The notes under the pieces: generated by a model
Databases searched by the model: none
What the model saw: the letters and a program-made list of their open reading frames with translations, nothing else
Told to the model about the DNA's origin: nothing
Program-made: the position numbers and the translations under genes
In this document: piece by piece, positions 16,849-25,694 of the stretch
How the letters are laid out: each line of letters starts with the position of its first letter
Numbering within the stretch: position 1 is the stretch's first letter
DNA from: Gemmatimonadota bacterium
GTDB taxonomy: Bacteria > Gemmatimonadota > Gemmatimonadetes > Gemmatimonadales > Gemmatimonadaceae
NCBI GenBank assembly: GCA_003221805.1
Contig: QHUA01000141.1
Coordinates: 1 to 51,092, forward strand
Reading direction: 5' to 3'
DNA length: 51,092 nucleotides

Positions 16849-17063
16849 CGCACTACCTCGAAGCTATCCATCTCGTCGAGAAACAACGTGATCTGTTCGC
16901 CGGTCGTGGGATGCATCGCTTCGACCGCTTCCCGTCCGCTGATCATGCGTAATCTTCGCGGTACGACGACGTACTCGGTCCCGCGACGATAAGCGGCGAT
17001 CTGCTTCCCGTTCATGATCGCCCGCTCGAGCAAATCGTATTGCTTGTGATTCCACTCTGTCAC
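16845..17063 (-). CDS. small hypothetical protein (72 aa)
   Basis: The stop overlaps the rnhA start (ATGA-type, 16845-16848). The gene begins 10 nt after the M20 peptidase stop and sits in a compact operon. No family recognised. Confidence 0.5.
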   Translation of the reverse strand: MTEWNHKQYDLLERAIMNGKQIAAYRRGTEYVVVPRRLRMISGREAVEAMHPTTGEQITLFLDEMDSFEVVR

Positions 17064-17073
17064 TGAGATCCCC

Positions 17074-18234
17074 TCAGCCTTCGCCGCTGCACCACTCTCT
17101 AACGACTGTCGTCAGGACTTGCGTTGCGACCTCGATCTCTTCCACCTGCACAAACTCTTCCGCTGCGTGCGCCAGCGCGATGTCTCCCGGACCGAAGCAA
17201 ATCGTCGGCACCCCCGCCTCGTTGAGCAAGGCCGCGTCGGTCCAGGCTGAGAGTCCTTCGATCCGGAGCGGTACCTTCTCGCGCTGCAGCGCCTTGCTCA
17301 ATCTCTCCACGATGAGGGAATCGACCGCGACATCGCTCGGCAGCTGCGCAGTAGTCAATGTAACTCGCGCGTCGAGGCGTAGGTGACTGGCACGTACCGC
17401 CGCGCACGCATCCGTAATCTCTTTCATCGCCTTCTCGGCTGATTCACCGGGGAGCGTACGGCGCTCGATGGCCAATCTGCATTCTTCCGGATAAGTGGAC
17501 AAACCGACGCCGCCGGAAATTGTCGACGCGTGCAGCGATCCGCGGCCGAGCAAGGGATGGCGTGGCCCCGCCTCGCGGGTCTGCTCGAGCTTGTCCAGCT
17601 CCGCTAGCACCAGTCCGGCGTGGGTGATGGCGTCGACGCCGATGTCGTAGCGGCTGCCGTGCGCCGCTCTTCCCTTGAAGGCGACATCCATCCACACGAA
17701 GCCGCGGTGCGCTGGACAGATTGCGAGTCTGGTCGGCTCGGTGATAATCGCTGCCTCGGCACGCACTCCCGCTGACAACAACGCGCGCGTGCCGAGGCTC
17801 TCGTATTCCTCGTCGACGACAGCGGTGACGAGGATCTGCCTTTCGGATCGCGTGCCGGCCCCAGCGACCGCCGCGGCGCACATTGAGGCGACACCAGCTT
17901 TCATGTCCCCAGATCCACGACCATAGATACGACCATCGCGCAGCTCGGCGCCGAATGGCTCGTGCACCATGCCTTCGACGCCGACGACATCAAGGTGGCC
18001 GTTGAGCATCAACGCCGGCGCGTCATTCGGGCCGATTCGAGCGACGACGTTGGGGCGGTTCGGGACACCAGTCTCCAACAACCCGACAGAAAAGCCCCAA
18101 TCATCGAGAACCGATGCCAGGAAGCGAGCGCATTCGCCCTCGCCCGGCGAGTCAGGCGCGAGGGTGGGATTTCTGGAGTCGATTTTTATCAGGGCGCGGG
18201 CGAGCGCGACCGCATCGCCACGCGGAATCGCCAC
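17074..18234 (-). CDS. M20 family metallopeptidase (ArgE/DapE/ACY1 type)
   Basis: LNGHLDVV, GRGSGDMKAG, VVDEEYES: M20 metal-ligand blocks. Confidence 0.85.
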   Translation of the reverse strand: MAIPRGDAVALARALIKIDSRNPTLAPDSPGEGECARFLASVLDDWGFSVGLLETGVPNRPNVVARIGPNDAPALMLNGHLDVVGVEGMVHEPFGAELRDGRIYGRGSGDMKAGVASMCAAAVAGAGTRSERQILVTAVVDEEYESLGTRALLSAGVRAEAAIITEPTRLAICPAHRGFVWMDVAFKGRAAHGSRYDIGVDAITHAGLVLAELDKLEQTREAGPRHPLLGRGSLHASTISGGVGLSTYPEECRLAIERRTLPGESAEKAMKEITDACAAVRASHLRLDARVTLTTAQLPSDVAVDSLIVERLSKALQREKVPLRIEGLSAWTDAALLNEAGVPTICFGPGDIALAHAAEEFVQVEEIEVATQVLTTVVREWCSGEG

Positions 18235-18237
18235 GGC

Positions 18238-18897
18238 CTACCTTCTTTTCGCTTTGCCCGAAGCTTTCGGCTTTGATTTCGTCGCGGCTTTCGCTGTGTG
18301 TTTCTTCGCCGCGGGTTTCATAGTCGGCTTTTTGGCAGCGGGCTTTTTGGCCGGAGCTGAATGCTTCGCGGTGGCGTGCTTGGCTGGTGCTGGTGCGTGT
18401 CTAACGGGCGCGGCGTGACCGGCGTGCGCCGTGTGGCTGGCGTGCGCTGTGTGACTGGCATGTGCTGAGTGTGCTGAGTGCGTTGCGTGAGACGTCGTCT
18501 CGGCGGGACCTCTTGCGCCAAGTGAGGCGGGTGGTGCCGGTGGCTTCCGCTTGGCGTGCGACGCTTCGACCTCACGCATCAGCTTGTCGGCTTCCTCTTG
18601 CGTCATCTGGCCGCGACGAACCATGTACTGCAGGAGATCACGGGCGCTCTCGATGACGAGGCCGGTAAGTCCGGCAGCGGCGCCGATCACGTCCTTCATC
18701 GCTGCGGCCATCTTGCTTCCGGCCTCGAGGCTGATCTCATGCGCCTTGGCCGCCATTTCGGCGACCGTATCCTTTACGTCGGCGCCACGGTGCCCCGGGC
18801 TGCGCTTCGGCGGGACCGGCGGCGGCGTCACGGGTGCGCCAACGGCTGGGGCAGGTGCTGTAGCAGTAGCAGCTGCGGTCTTTTCTTTATCTATCAT
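18238..18897 (-). CDS. phasin-like (COG3937-type) protein with a His/Ala repeat and a Lys/Ala/Pro-rich histone H1-like tail
   Basis: The central LLQYMVRRGQMTQEEADKLMREV resembles PHA-granule regulator/phasin helices. It is followed by SHATHSAHSAHASHTAHASHTAHAGHA, then AKKPAAKKPTMKPAAKKHTAKAATKSKPKASGKAKRR. Confidence 0.6.
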   Translation of the reverse strand: MIDKEKTAAATATAPAPAVGAPVTPPPVPPKRSPGHRGADVKDTVAEMAAKAHEISLEAGSKMAAAMKDVIGAAAGLTGLVIESARDLLQYMVRRGQMTQEEADKLMREVEASHAKRKPPAPPASLGARGPAETTSHATHSAHSAHASHTAHASHTAHAGHAAPVRHAPAPAKHATAKHSAPAKKPAAKKPTMKPAAKKHTAKAATKSKPKASGKAKRR

Positions 18898-19123
18898 TTA
18901 TGGGCTCCGGTCAGCGAACAAGGGTGGTGCTGACGGATCTGAACATCACAGAAGTAGGGTCTAGCCCCGAAATGGGCTCGAACGGCGCTAAGTATATGAT
19001 TTTTCGTGACTAAAACAAGGTGGGGTAACGTGGCTTCGCCGATGGTCTCCTTGCGCCAATCTGAGGGCTCATTTACGCCAGTCTCGCGACATACGTACAA
19101 CAGTAACGCGGCATGCGAGGCAA

Positions 19124-20209
19124 ATGAGGCTTAAAGTTCTTGACCTGAGTCGAGTCCTAGCCGGCCCGGTCTGCTCGATGATTCTTGGCGACCTCGGCGC
19201 CGACGTCATTAAAGTCGAAAGGCCGGGCGAGGGCGACGAAACGCGCGGTTGGGGACCGCCCTTCGACTCGGACGGCCAAAGCGCCTACTTCCTGGCAATC
19301 AACCGCAACAAGAAAAGCATCGCCGTAGACTTGGCCGACCCTCACGATCGGAAGGTTGTGCTCGAGCTCATCCGCGATGCCGATGTCGTGCTCGACAATT
19401 TTCTCCCCGGGTCACTTGAGCGTCTGGGCTTCGACCCGGACGAGCTCCTCGCCCGCTATTCGTCGCTCATCTGGTGCACGATCTCCGGATTCGGCACAGA
19501 TAGTACGCGCCCCGGATACGACTTCGTCGTTCAGGCCGAGTGCGGCTGGATGTCGATCACTGGCGAGCGAGAGGGATCGCCGATGAAGGTCGGCGTCGCT
19601 CTCGCCGACGTCATCGCCGGCAAGGATGCCGCGATCGCCATTCTCGCCGCGGTTGTCGATCGCGCCGGTGGACCGGTCGCTCCCGACAAGAGGCGAATCA
19701 ACGTGTCACTCGCCGAGAGCGCCCGTGCAGCTCTCGTCAACGTCGCGCAAAACGTTCTGGTTTCCGGCGAAGATGCAAGGCGCTGGGGCAACGCGCATCC
19801 GAATCTCGTTCCTTATCAATTGTTCGATGCGGCTGACCGGCCGTTCGTGATCGCAGTCGGGAGCGATGGACAATGGCGTGCGTGCGCAGACGCCCTTGGT
19901 CTGCAGCAACTGGCTGATGACGAATCGCTGCAAACGAATGCGGGCCGCGTCGAGAACCGTGAGATGATCGTCGACGCGCTCGCCGCGCGTGTGAAGGAAA
20001 TGGGCGCGCAACACTGGATCGATCGACTCCAGGCAGTAAGCGTCCCGAGTGGTTTAGTCAAAACTGTGGCGGAGACTCTCGATGGCTCGGATGCGAACGC
20101 TCGCACCGGAGTTCCGCCGAGTGTGCCGGGATCGGTGAGACTGTCACCGCCCAAGCTCGATGAGCACGGCGCGGCGATTCGCACGCTGGGGTGGCGCGCC
20201 TTTGGGTGA
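19124..20209 (+). CDS. family III CoA-transferase (CaiB/BaiF)
   Basis: LKVLDLSRVLAGPVCSMILGDLGADVIKVERPGEGDETRGWGPPF is the canonical N-terminal block. Confidence 0.9.
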   Translation: MRLKVLDLSRVLAGPVCSMILGDLGADVIKVERPGEGDETRGWGPPFDSDGQSAYFLAINRNKKSIAVDLADPHDRKVVLELIRDADVVLDNFLPGSLERLGFDPDELLARYSSLIWCTISGFGTDSTRPGYDFVVQAECGWMSITGEREGSPMKVGVALADVIAGKDAAIAILAAVVDRAGGPVAPDKRRINVSLAESARAALVNVAQNVLVSGEDARRWGNAHPNLVPYQLFDAADRPFVIAVGSDGQWRACADALGLQQLADDESLQTNAGRVENREMIVDALAARVKEMGAQHWIDRLQAVSVPSGLVKTVAETLDGSDANARTGVPPSVPGSVRLSPPKLDEHGAAIRTLGWRAFG

Positions 20210-20281
20210 TTACAGATATTATCAGCCGCCTGTTTCCTGCCTCGCCTCGCTCCCTCCCTCGATCACCCCTGAGGAGTTGCT

Positions 20282-21559
20282 ATGAAGCGTAAGTGGTCTT
20301 TCTTTGCTGGTGCTCTCGCTCTCGTCGTCCTCGCTGCGTGCAGTCAGGACAGGACAACGGGTCCGGCCGGACAAGCGGCATTCCAGAGGTTTGTCTCGAT
20401 CGGCACCAGCGTCAGCATGGGAGTCCAGTCCGACGGAGTGTATTACGCGTCACAGCAACACGCATGGCCGGCGCTTCTCGCGCACCAGGCTTTCGCGCCG
20501 AGCTTTAGCACGCCGCTCGTGCAGGGGCCGGGCTGCTATTCGCCACTCATCGCGCCCTTGCAGTTCCAGAGAAGATTGAGCGGCTCGCAGTATCCCGCCA
20601 TCAACGCCAACGATCAAATCTGCGCTCTGCTCGGCGCTACTACGCTGCCGACCAATAACGTCGCGATTGACGGAGCGACGACCTACGCTGCGCTGCGCGT
20701 AACTCCCGACACTGTAGCTGCTGCCCCGACCACCATCGAACCGGACCAGCGCAAGCGCTTGTACAAGGCGGTGCTGCAGGCCAAGCAAAGCCAGGTTACG
20801 GAGATGATGCTGCAGAAGCCAACGCTAGTCTCGGTGGAATTGGGCGCGAACGAAGTCCTGCGCTCGGTGACCGGCGGGATTCTGGTGCCCGCGCAGCAGT
20901 ATCGTCAGCCAGACGGCACGTTCACGTTCTATCCGATCACGCTGTGGCAGCCACAGTACGATGCGATCGTCGACAGCGTCGACAAGACCGGCGCCAAGGC
21001 ACTGCTCGTTTCGGTTCCTTTGATTCCCAGCCTCGTCGGCGTTTACCCGGGCGACGATTTCTATCTAAACGCAGCCGCATTTCAGCAGTTTGGGATCATC
21101 GTGAACGCTGATTGTCAGGGGAACAACAACCTGATTTACGCCTTCGGCAAAGTTCTTACCGCACTGGGAAGCCCGAAGCCCTACAACTTCAGCTGCACCG
21201 ACAATCCGCAGGCCGCGGATTTCATTCTCACTCCGACAGACACTGCTTTCGTCGACAATCTCATTCGCCAGATGAACGCCCACATTGTGGCGACGGCGAC
21301 CGCACACGGTTGGTCGTACCTCGATCTGAACACAGCGCTAGCCTCATTTGTCGCGGCGAAGACTCATTTCAGTTTGCCGAACTTCCTTTCCTGCACGAGG
21401 CCGTTTGGACAGTACATCAGCCTCGATGGGATTCACCCGACGGCAGATGGCCAGCAGGCAATTGCCAACGCTGCCGCCGACGCGCTCAATTCCACCTATG
21501 GGTTCGCCATTCCAAAGGTCGACATACCCGCGTTGACGCCGACGCAGCTTTGCCCATAA
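20282..21559 (+). CDS. SGNH/GDSL-like hydrolase lipoprotein
   Basis: The signal with LAAC lipobox comes first, then SIGTSVSMG (block I, GDS-like) and DGIHPTADGQ (block V, DxxH). Confidence 0.7.
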   Translation: MKRKWSFFAGALALVVLAACSQDRTTGPAGQAAFQRFVSIGTSVSMGVQSDGVYYASQQHAWPALLAHQAFAPSFSTPLVQGPGCYSPLIAPLQFQRRLSGSQYPAINANDQICALLGATTLPTNNVAIDGATTYAALRVTPDTVAAAPTTIEPDQRKRLYKAVLQAKQSQVTEMMLQKPTLVSVELGANEVLRSVTGGILVPAQQYRQPDGTFTFYPITLWQPQYDAIVDSVDKTGAKALLVSVPLIPSLVGVYPGDDFYLNAAAFQQFGIIVNADCQGNNNLIYAFGKVLTALGSPKPYNFSCTDNPQAADFILTPTDTAFVDNLIRQMNAHIVATATAHGWSYLDLNTALASFVAAKTHFSLPNFLSCTRPFGQYISLDGIHPTADGQQAIANAAADALNSTYGFAIPKVDIPALTPTQLCP

Positions 21560-21581
21560 TGTCGGCCTGATACAGAGCTCC

Positions 21582-21611
21582 GGGGGCGAGGCCAACAACC
21601 TCGCCCCCTTT
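21582..21611 (+). terminator. rho-independent terminator
   Basis: GGGGGCGAGG-ccaacaa-CCTCGCCCCC-TTT, a 10-bp perfect stem 22 nt after the stop at 21559. Confidence 0.65.
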
Positions 21612-21616
21612 GCATC

Positions 21617-22648
21617 ATGAGGTACATCGGAAACAAAACCCGACTCCTAACCTTCATTCTCCGCACACTGGAGAAGGAAAGGATTGCGGTCGGGTCGGTC
21701 CACGACGCCTTCGCGGGCACCGCCAGCGTGAGCAGAGCGCTCAAATCGGAAGGATGGCGCGTGTACTCGAGCGACCTGCTCATGTCGTCGTACGTGTTTC
21801 AGCGCGCGTACGTGGTTGCCGATGCCGCGGATCCTTTGCTGAAGGAAATGGCTGGCGAGCTGGCGCGCGTGGAACCGAAGGTTGGTTTCATCAGTCGACA
21901 CTTCTCCCCGGCGGGCGGGACCACGAGCGCAGGGAGGATGTATTTCACCCCCGAGAATGCAGGGCGCATCGATGCGTCACGCGAGGCGTTGGACGCCTGG
22001 CGAAAGGAGCGGAAGATCGGTGACGACGACTACTACCTGCTCCTTGCCGCCATCATAGAAGGAGCGGACAGAGTCGCTAATACCGCCGGCGTGTACGCGT
22101 CGTACATGAAGCGCTGGCAACCAAATGCGCGCCGCCCCTTTGAGATCGCGCCGGAGGTGCCCATCAAAGGAGCGCAGCCGGCCCGGGCGCATCTAATGGA
22201 TGCGACGGAGGCGGCGAGAAACATCGGCGAGGTCGACTTGCTGTACATCGATCCGCCGTACAACTCCCGCCAGTACGTCGCCTACTACCATATACCTGAG
22301 ATCCTGGCGCGCGGTTGGTCCGATATGGCGCCGGCGATCCGCGGCAAGGTCGGACTGCTGGCCGGGGAGGAGGGAAGGAGCCAGTGGTCGCACGGGCGAC
22401 GCGTGCAAAGGCTCTTTTCGGGACTGTTGGCCGATTCGGCGGCCAGATACGCTCTCGTTAGCTTCAATTCCGAGGGTCACTTGAAGCCGGAAGCGCTGGA
22501 GTCGCTGCTCGCAAAGGCCGCCATCGACGGCAAAGTCTCCCATTTCAATCAGCGGTATCGCCGGTATCGCGCGGATAGTGACCGTGAAGGCAGGCGATAC
22601 CACGCTGACTTTGCCCTCGAGCACCTATATTTGGTCAGGCTCAGGTAG
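21617..22648 (+). CDS. DNA adenine methyltransferase (D12 class, Dam-family N6-adenine MTase)
   Basis: MRYIGNKTRLL N-terminus, DAFAGTASVS (FxGxG, SAM binding), LLYIDPPYNSRQY (DPPY catalytic motif). Confidence 0.85.
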   Translation: MRYIGNKTRLLTFILRTLEKERIAVGSVHDAFAGTASVSRALKSEGWRVYSSDLLMSSYVFQRAYVVADAADPLLKEMAGELARVEPKVGFISRHFSPAGGTTSAGRMYFTPENAGRIDASREALDAWRKERKIGDDDYYLLLAAIIEGADRVANTAGVYASYMKRWQPNARRPFEIAPEVPIKGAQPARAHLMDATEAARNIGEVDLLYIDPPYNSRQYVAYYHIPEILARGWSDMAPAIRGKVGLLAGEEGRSQWSHGRRVQRLFSGLLADSAARYALVSFNSEGHLKPEALESLLAKAAIDGKVSHFNQRYRRYRADSDREGRRYHADFALEHLYLVRLR

Positions 22649-22766
22649 CTTGGTTGCTTCCACAAGTGACTAGTCGTCAGAAGGGCGTAACGGTGATAAG
22701 GTGTTATCCCGTCGCCATTTGGGCCTTTGCACGCGCTGGCAAAGGGGTTACACTAGGCAGGTGAAG

Positions 22767-23378
22767 ATGACAGCCACACCGCTGCAAAATCAGGGTGCTC
22801 AGGTGCTGGGCGCTGGAGGCGCGACGCCGGATGCAGCGGCGCCGCAAATCGATGCCGATCAGGAAGTTATCGCCAAGGTTTTGGCTGGTCACAAGGATGC
22901 GTTTGCGGTTCTGATAACCCGCTACAGCGATCCTCTGTACCGACATGCACTTGGCATGACTGGAAGTCCCGATGTGGCGGAAGACATACTCCAAGCGTCT
23001 TTTATAAAAGCCTATCAGCATCTAGGCGAAGTTCGCGGTCGATTCGATGCGTGGGTTTTTCGAATCGTCGCAAATAGCTGCAAAGATTGGCTCAAGAACA
23101 TTCGGCGAACGCACGTGAGTTACGACGAGGACGATCAGCCCTCGACGTACTCGACGCCGGAAGAAGAGATGGACCGCAACGAGCTGCGTACGGACTTGCA
23201 GTTTGCTCTGGCCAGACTCGCTCCCTCGCTGCGTGAAGCGTTCGTGATGAAGCACGTTGAGGGAAGATCGTACGAGGAGATGGCGCTGTTACTGGAAACG
23301 ACGGTTGGCGCGCTAAAGATGCGAGTGCATCGGGCGCGAGAGGCGCTCCAACAACTGCTCGAGGAGAAGTACGCATGA
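22767..23378 (+). CDS. ECF-type RNA polymerase sigma factor
   Basis: Region 2 (FAVLITRYSDPLYRHALGMTGSPDVAEDILQASFIKAY) and region 4 (REAFVMKHVEGRSYEEMALLLETTVGALKMRVHRAREAL). The start is taken at the ATG at 22767, preceded by aggcagg. Confidence 0.85.
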   Translation: MTATPLQNQGAQVLGAGGATPDAAAPQIDADQEVIAKVLAGHKDAFAVLITRYSDPLYRHALGMTGSPDVAEDILQASFIKAYQHLGEVRGRFDAWVFRIVANSCKDWLKNIRRTHVSYDEDDQPSTYSTPEEEMDRNELRTDLQFALARLAPSLREAFVMKHVEGRSYEEMALLLETTVGALKMRVHRAREALQQLLEEKYA

Positions 23379-23785
23379 TGTTTGATGACGCTGGTTTCGA
23401 GAGAAACGAAAAGATTCCGGGCCGCGAGCCCGCTGAAAGAAAGGACAAGCCCGCCGAGCGGCTTTATGACCGCGAAGTTCCGTTAAACGGATCTACCGGT
23501 CACGGACTCCTGCATGACTGGCTTGATGGCGAAGTCGACGTAATGCGCGCCAGCGAAGTCGAGGGCAAGTCGAAGGTCGAGCTCTGGACGCGGATCAACG
23601 CCGAGAGCGAGATGCTTCGTCGCCGCGTGACGCCGGTTGGCGTTCAGCAGCGTATCATGGCCTCGCTGCCCGATACTCCCGGCACCGCCACCAACTGGTG
23701 GAAGCAGATCACGCCGGTTTCGGCGATCGCAATCACCGTGGCGCTGCTCGCAGTCGGCGCCCTGATCATCCAGGCTCTTCGCTAG
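23375..23785 (+). CDS. putative membrane-anchored anti-sigma factor
   Basis: ATGA overlap with the sigma gene. Single C-terminal TM (VSAIAITVALLAVGALIIQAL). No zf-HC2 motif is seen, so the assignment rests on context only. Confidence 0.5.
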   Translation: MMFDDAGFERNEKIPGREPAERKDKPAERLYDREVPLNGSTGHGLLHDWLDGEVDVMRASEVEGKSKVELWTRINAESEMLRRRVTPVGVQQRIMASLPDTPGTATNWWKQITPVSAIAITVALLAVGALIIQALR

Positions 23786-23806
23786 AGCTGATTTCTCCCG
23801 AGCAGA

Positions 23807-23841
23807 AACGCCCGACTCCTTGCGAGTCGGGCGTTTTGTTT
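23807..23841 (+). terminator. rho-independent terminator
   Basis: AACGCCCGACTC-cttgc-GAGTCGGGCGTT-TTGTTT after the stop at 23785. Confidence 0.8.
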
Positions 23842-23979
23842 GTCCATTTGTTGCAGCGAAAATACTCCCGCAGGCGTAGACATTGCTGCGAAGTTCCTAT
23901 GTCGGCGTAGACCTTGCAACTGGACGGCAACTCTTTACTCTTAGGTGAAGAGACCATACCTGATCGGAGGCGTTTCAAA

Positions 23980-24417
23980 ATGAAGAAGACCATCGCTGTA
24001 ATCGCATTAATGGCTGGCCCAGCCCTGGCTTCCGCTCAGGCTGGACTGTCCAAGATCCAATTCCTTGCCCTGCAGCAGGAGCTGCGCGATCAGGGATGCG
24101 GTGTGACGAACGTCGACGGCCACTACGGCCCGCAGACCCGTCGTGCGATCGCGACCTGCGCCAAGAAATTCAACTCGGCTAACAACGCCCAGGCGTTGCT
24201 CGTCGCGATGAATATTGGCTTCGGGCCGAACGACAATGCGCCGACCCGCGGCGGCGGCACTGGCGCCATGGGCAGTGAAAACAGCTCGGGCGGAATGGCG
24301 TCGGAGGCGAAGGCCGAGGGCGAGAGCATGAAGACCGAGAAGAAGGAACATGTCGCGGCCGGCAAGACTCATCGCAAAGTCGCGAAGAAGACTGTCAGCG
24401 ATACGACGAAGAAATAG
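23980..24417 (+). CDS. secreted protein with a peptidoglycan-binding (PG_binding_1-like) domain
   Basis: The ATG at 23980 is preceded by GGAGG (23966-23970). Signal peptide MKKTIAVIALMAGPALASAQA. LQQELRDQGCGVTNVDGHYGPQTRRAIATCAKKF fits the PG-binding repeat. Confidence 0.7.
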   Translation: MKKTIAVIALMAGPALASAQAGLSKIQFLALQQELRDQGCGVTNVDGHYGPQTRRAIATCAKKFNSANNAQALLVAMNIGFGPNDNAPTRGGGTGAMGSENSSGGMASEAKAEGESMKTEKKEHVAAGKTHRKVAKKTVSDTTKK

Positions 24418-24435
24418 CTTCGCCCGCGCCTCGAG

Positions 24436-25512
24436 CTAGAGGTCGAGGCTAAGCTGTTTTGGGGGGACGAGAGCGCCAAGCGCCTCGTCCCCTTCTTCGT
24501 CTTCACGACTGGACCAGCCGCGTACTCCGTACTTCGCGCACAGCTTCTGGAAAAATTTCGCCAGCCCCTCGCGGTACTTCTCTCCCGCGTACGCGCTGTG
24601 CCCGTAAGTATTGCGATAGCGCTCGGCGAGATGCGGAAACTCCTGCTCGATGAACGGCAGGTAGCGCTTCCGCGCGGCGGATTGCAGTCGGACCGCGCAA
24701 GCTCCGACAGAAACCGCGCCCGCTTCGGAGACGCGCTTTACCAACGCGTCCAGATCCGATGGATTATCTGTAATTCCGGGGAGCACCGGCATGCAGTTGA
24801 TTCCTGCTTCGATTCCCGCTTCCCGCAGTCTCGAGAGTGCACGAATTCTCGATTCCGGGGTCGGGGCGCGCGGCTCGATGCGTCGCGCTAGCTCGCGGTC
24901 TAGGGTGATCAGCGAGATGTGGATCGACAGATCGGAGAGGTGGTTGATGCGCGAGAGCACATCGATGTCTCTGGTGACGAGCGGACTCTTGGTGATGATC
25001 GTAACGCTTAAACCGGGATGTTCGGCCAGCACTTCCAGAATTCCGCGGGTGACCCGGAATCTGCGTTCGGCGGGCTGGTAAGGATCCGTAGCCGTGCCGA
25101 TGACGATCGTCTCGCCATCGAGGAGCTTGAGATGCCGATCGCTGCCGAATCTCAGCGTTCTGCTCAGAACTTCGGGGGCGTTTTTCTTGACGAAGATGTT
25201 CCGCTCGAACGCGAGCCACGGCGGAAGTTTGTTGTAGGCTTCGCCGAGGACGTCCACCATCCTGTCGTCGGTTGCCGCCCGCTCCATGACGTAGCGATGG
25301 GCGTAGCGAGCGTAGCAGTAGGCACAGCCGAATGCGCAACCGATGTACGGGTTGATCGACCAGAACCCCATTCCGGTTGTCTCCGGTCCGTTGAGGACGT
25401 TCTTGGCCGGGGAGGAGTAGTACCGGATGTCCTTCTGTTCGCCGATGACCGGGAGCTGCCGGGATTGTCTCTCGTACGCCGCGCCGAAGAGTGTAGGGTC
25501 CTTCGACTTCAT
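24436..25512 (-). CDS. radical SAM protein (COG1533/SplB-like)
   Basis: INPYIGCAFGCAYCYARY (CxxxCxxC), then IGTATDPYQP. Confidence 0.85.
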   Translation of the reverse strand: MKSKDPTLFGAAYERQSRQLPVIGEQKDIRYYSSPAKNVLNGPETTGMGFWSINPYIGCAFGCAYCYARYAHRYVMERAATDDRMVDVLGEAYNKLPPWLAFERNIFVKKNAPEVLSRTLRFGSDRHLKLLDGETIVIGTATDPYQPAERRFRVTRGILEVLAEHPGLSVTIITKSPLVTRDIDVLSRINHLSDLSIHISLITLDRELARRIEPRAPTPESRIRALSRLREAGIEAGINCMPVLPGITDNPSDLDALVKRVSEAGAVSVGACAVRLQSAARKRYLPFIEQEFPHLAERYRNTYGHSAYAGEKYREGLAKFFQKLCAKYGVRGWSSREDEEGDEALGALVPPKQLSLDL

Positions 25513-25550
25513 ACCCGAATATAGACCGAAGTAGATTGACAGTCTAGCTC

Positions 25551-25694
25551 AGCGGGAAGCGGGAAGCGAGTAACGAAGAGCGGTCAGCGGGCACGGGTAC
25601 GGAAAAGGTGTAGCGCCCCACCTTCGGTGTGAGTCAAAGCAATCCGCTTCCCGCTGGCCGTGCCCGTACCCTCCCGCTTCCCGCTTCCCGCTTC
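25551..25694. repeat. ORF-less hairpin element built from GCGGGAA / TTCCCGC heptamers
   Basis: Left arm: gcgggaa|gcgggaa|gcgagta|acgaaga|gcggtca|gcgggca|cgggtac. Right arm: ccgcttc|ccgctgg|ccgtgcc|cgtaccc|tcccgct|tcccgct|tcccgct. The outer 17 nt and an inner 9 nt are exactly complementary. Confidence 0.75.

Noticed and set aside
18400-18490. Imperfect 15-nt tandem DNA repeats considered as a non-coding repeat
   Set aside because: They lie in frame inside the phasin-like CDS and encode the (S/T)HA histidine repeat. They are reported as part of that protein.
22687-22713. Possible autoregulated ECF promoter GTAAC-N18-CGTC upstream of the sigma factor gene, containing the palindrome GATAAggtgTTATC
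   Set aside because: The -35 is imperfect (GTAAC rather than GGAAC), and the spacer is 1-2 nt longer than usual for ECF promoters. The evidence is too weak to call without TSS data.
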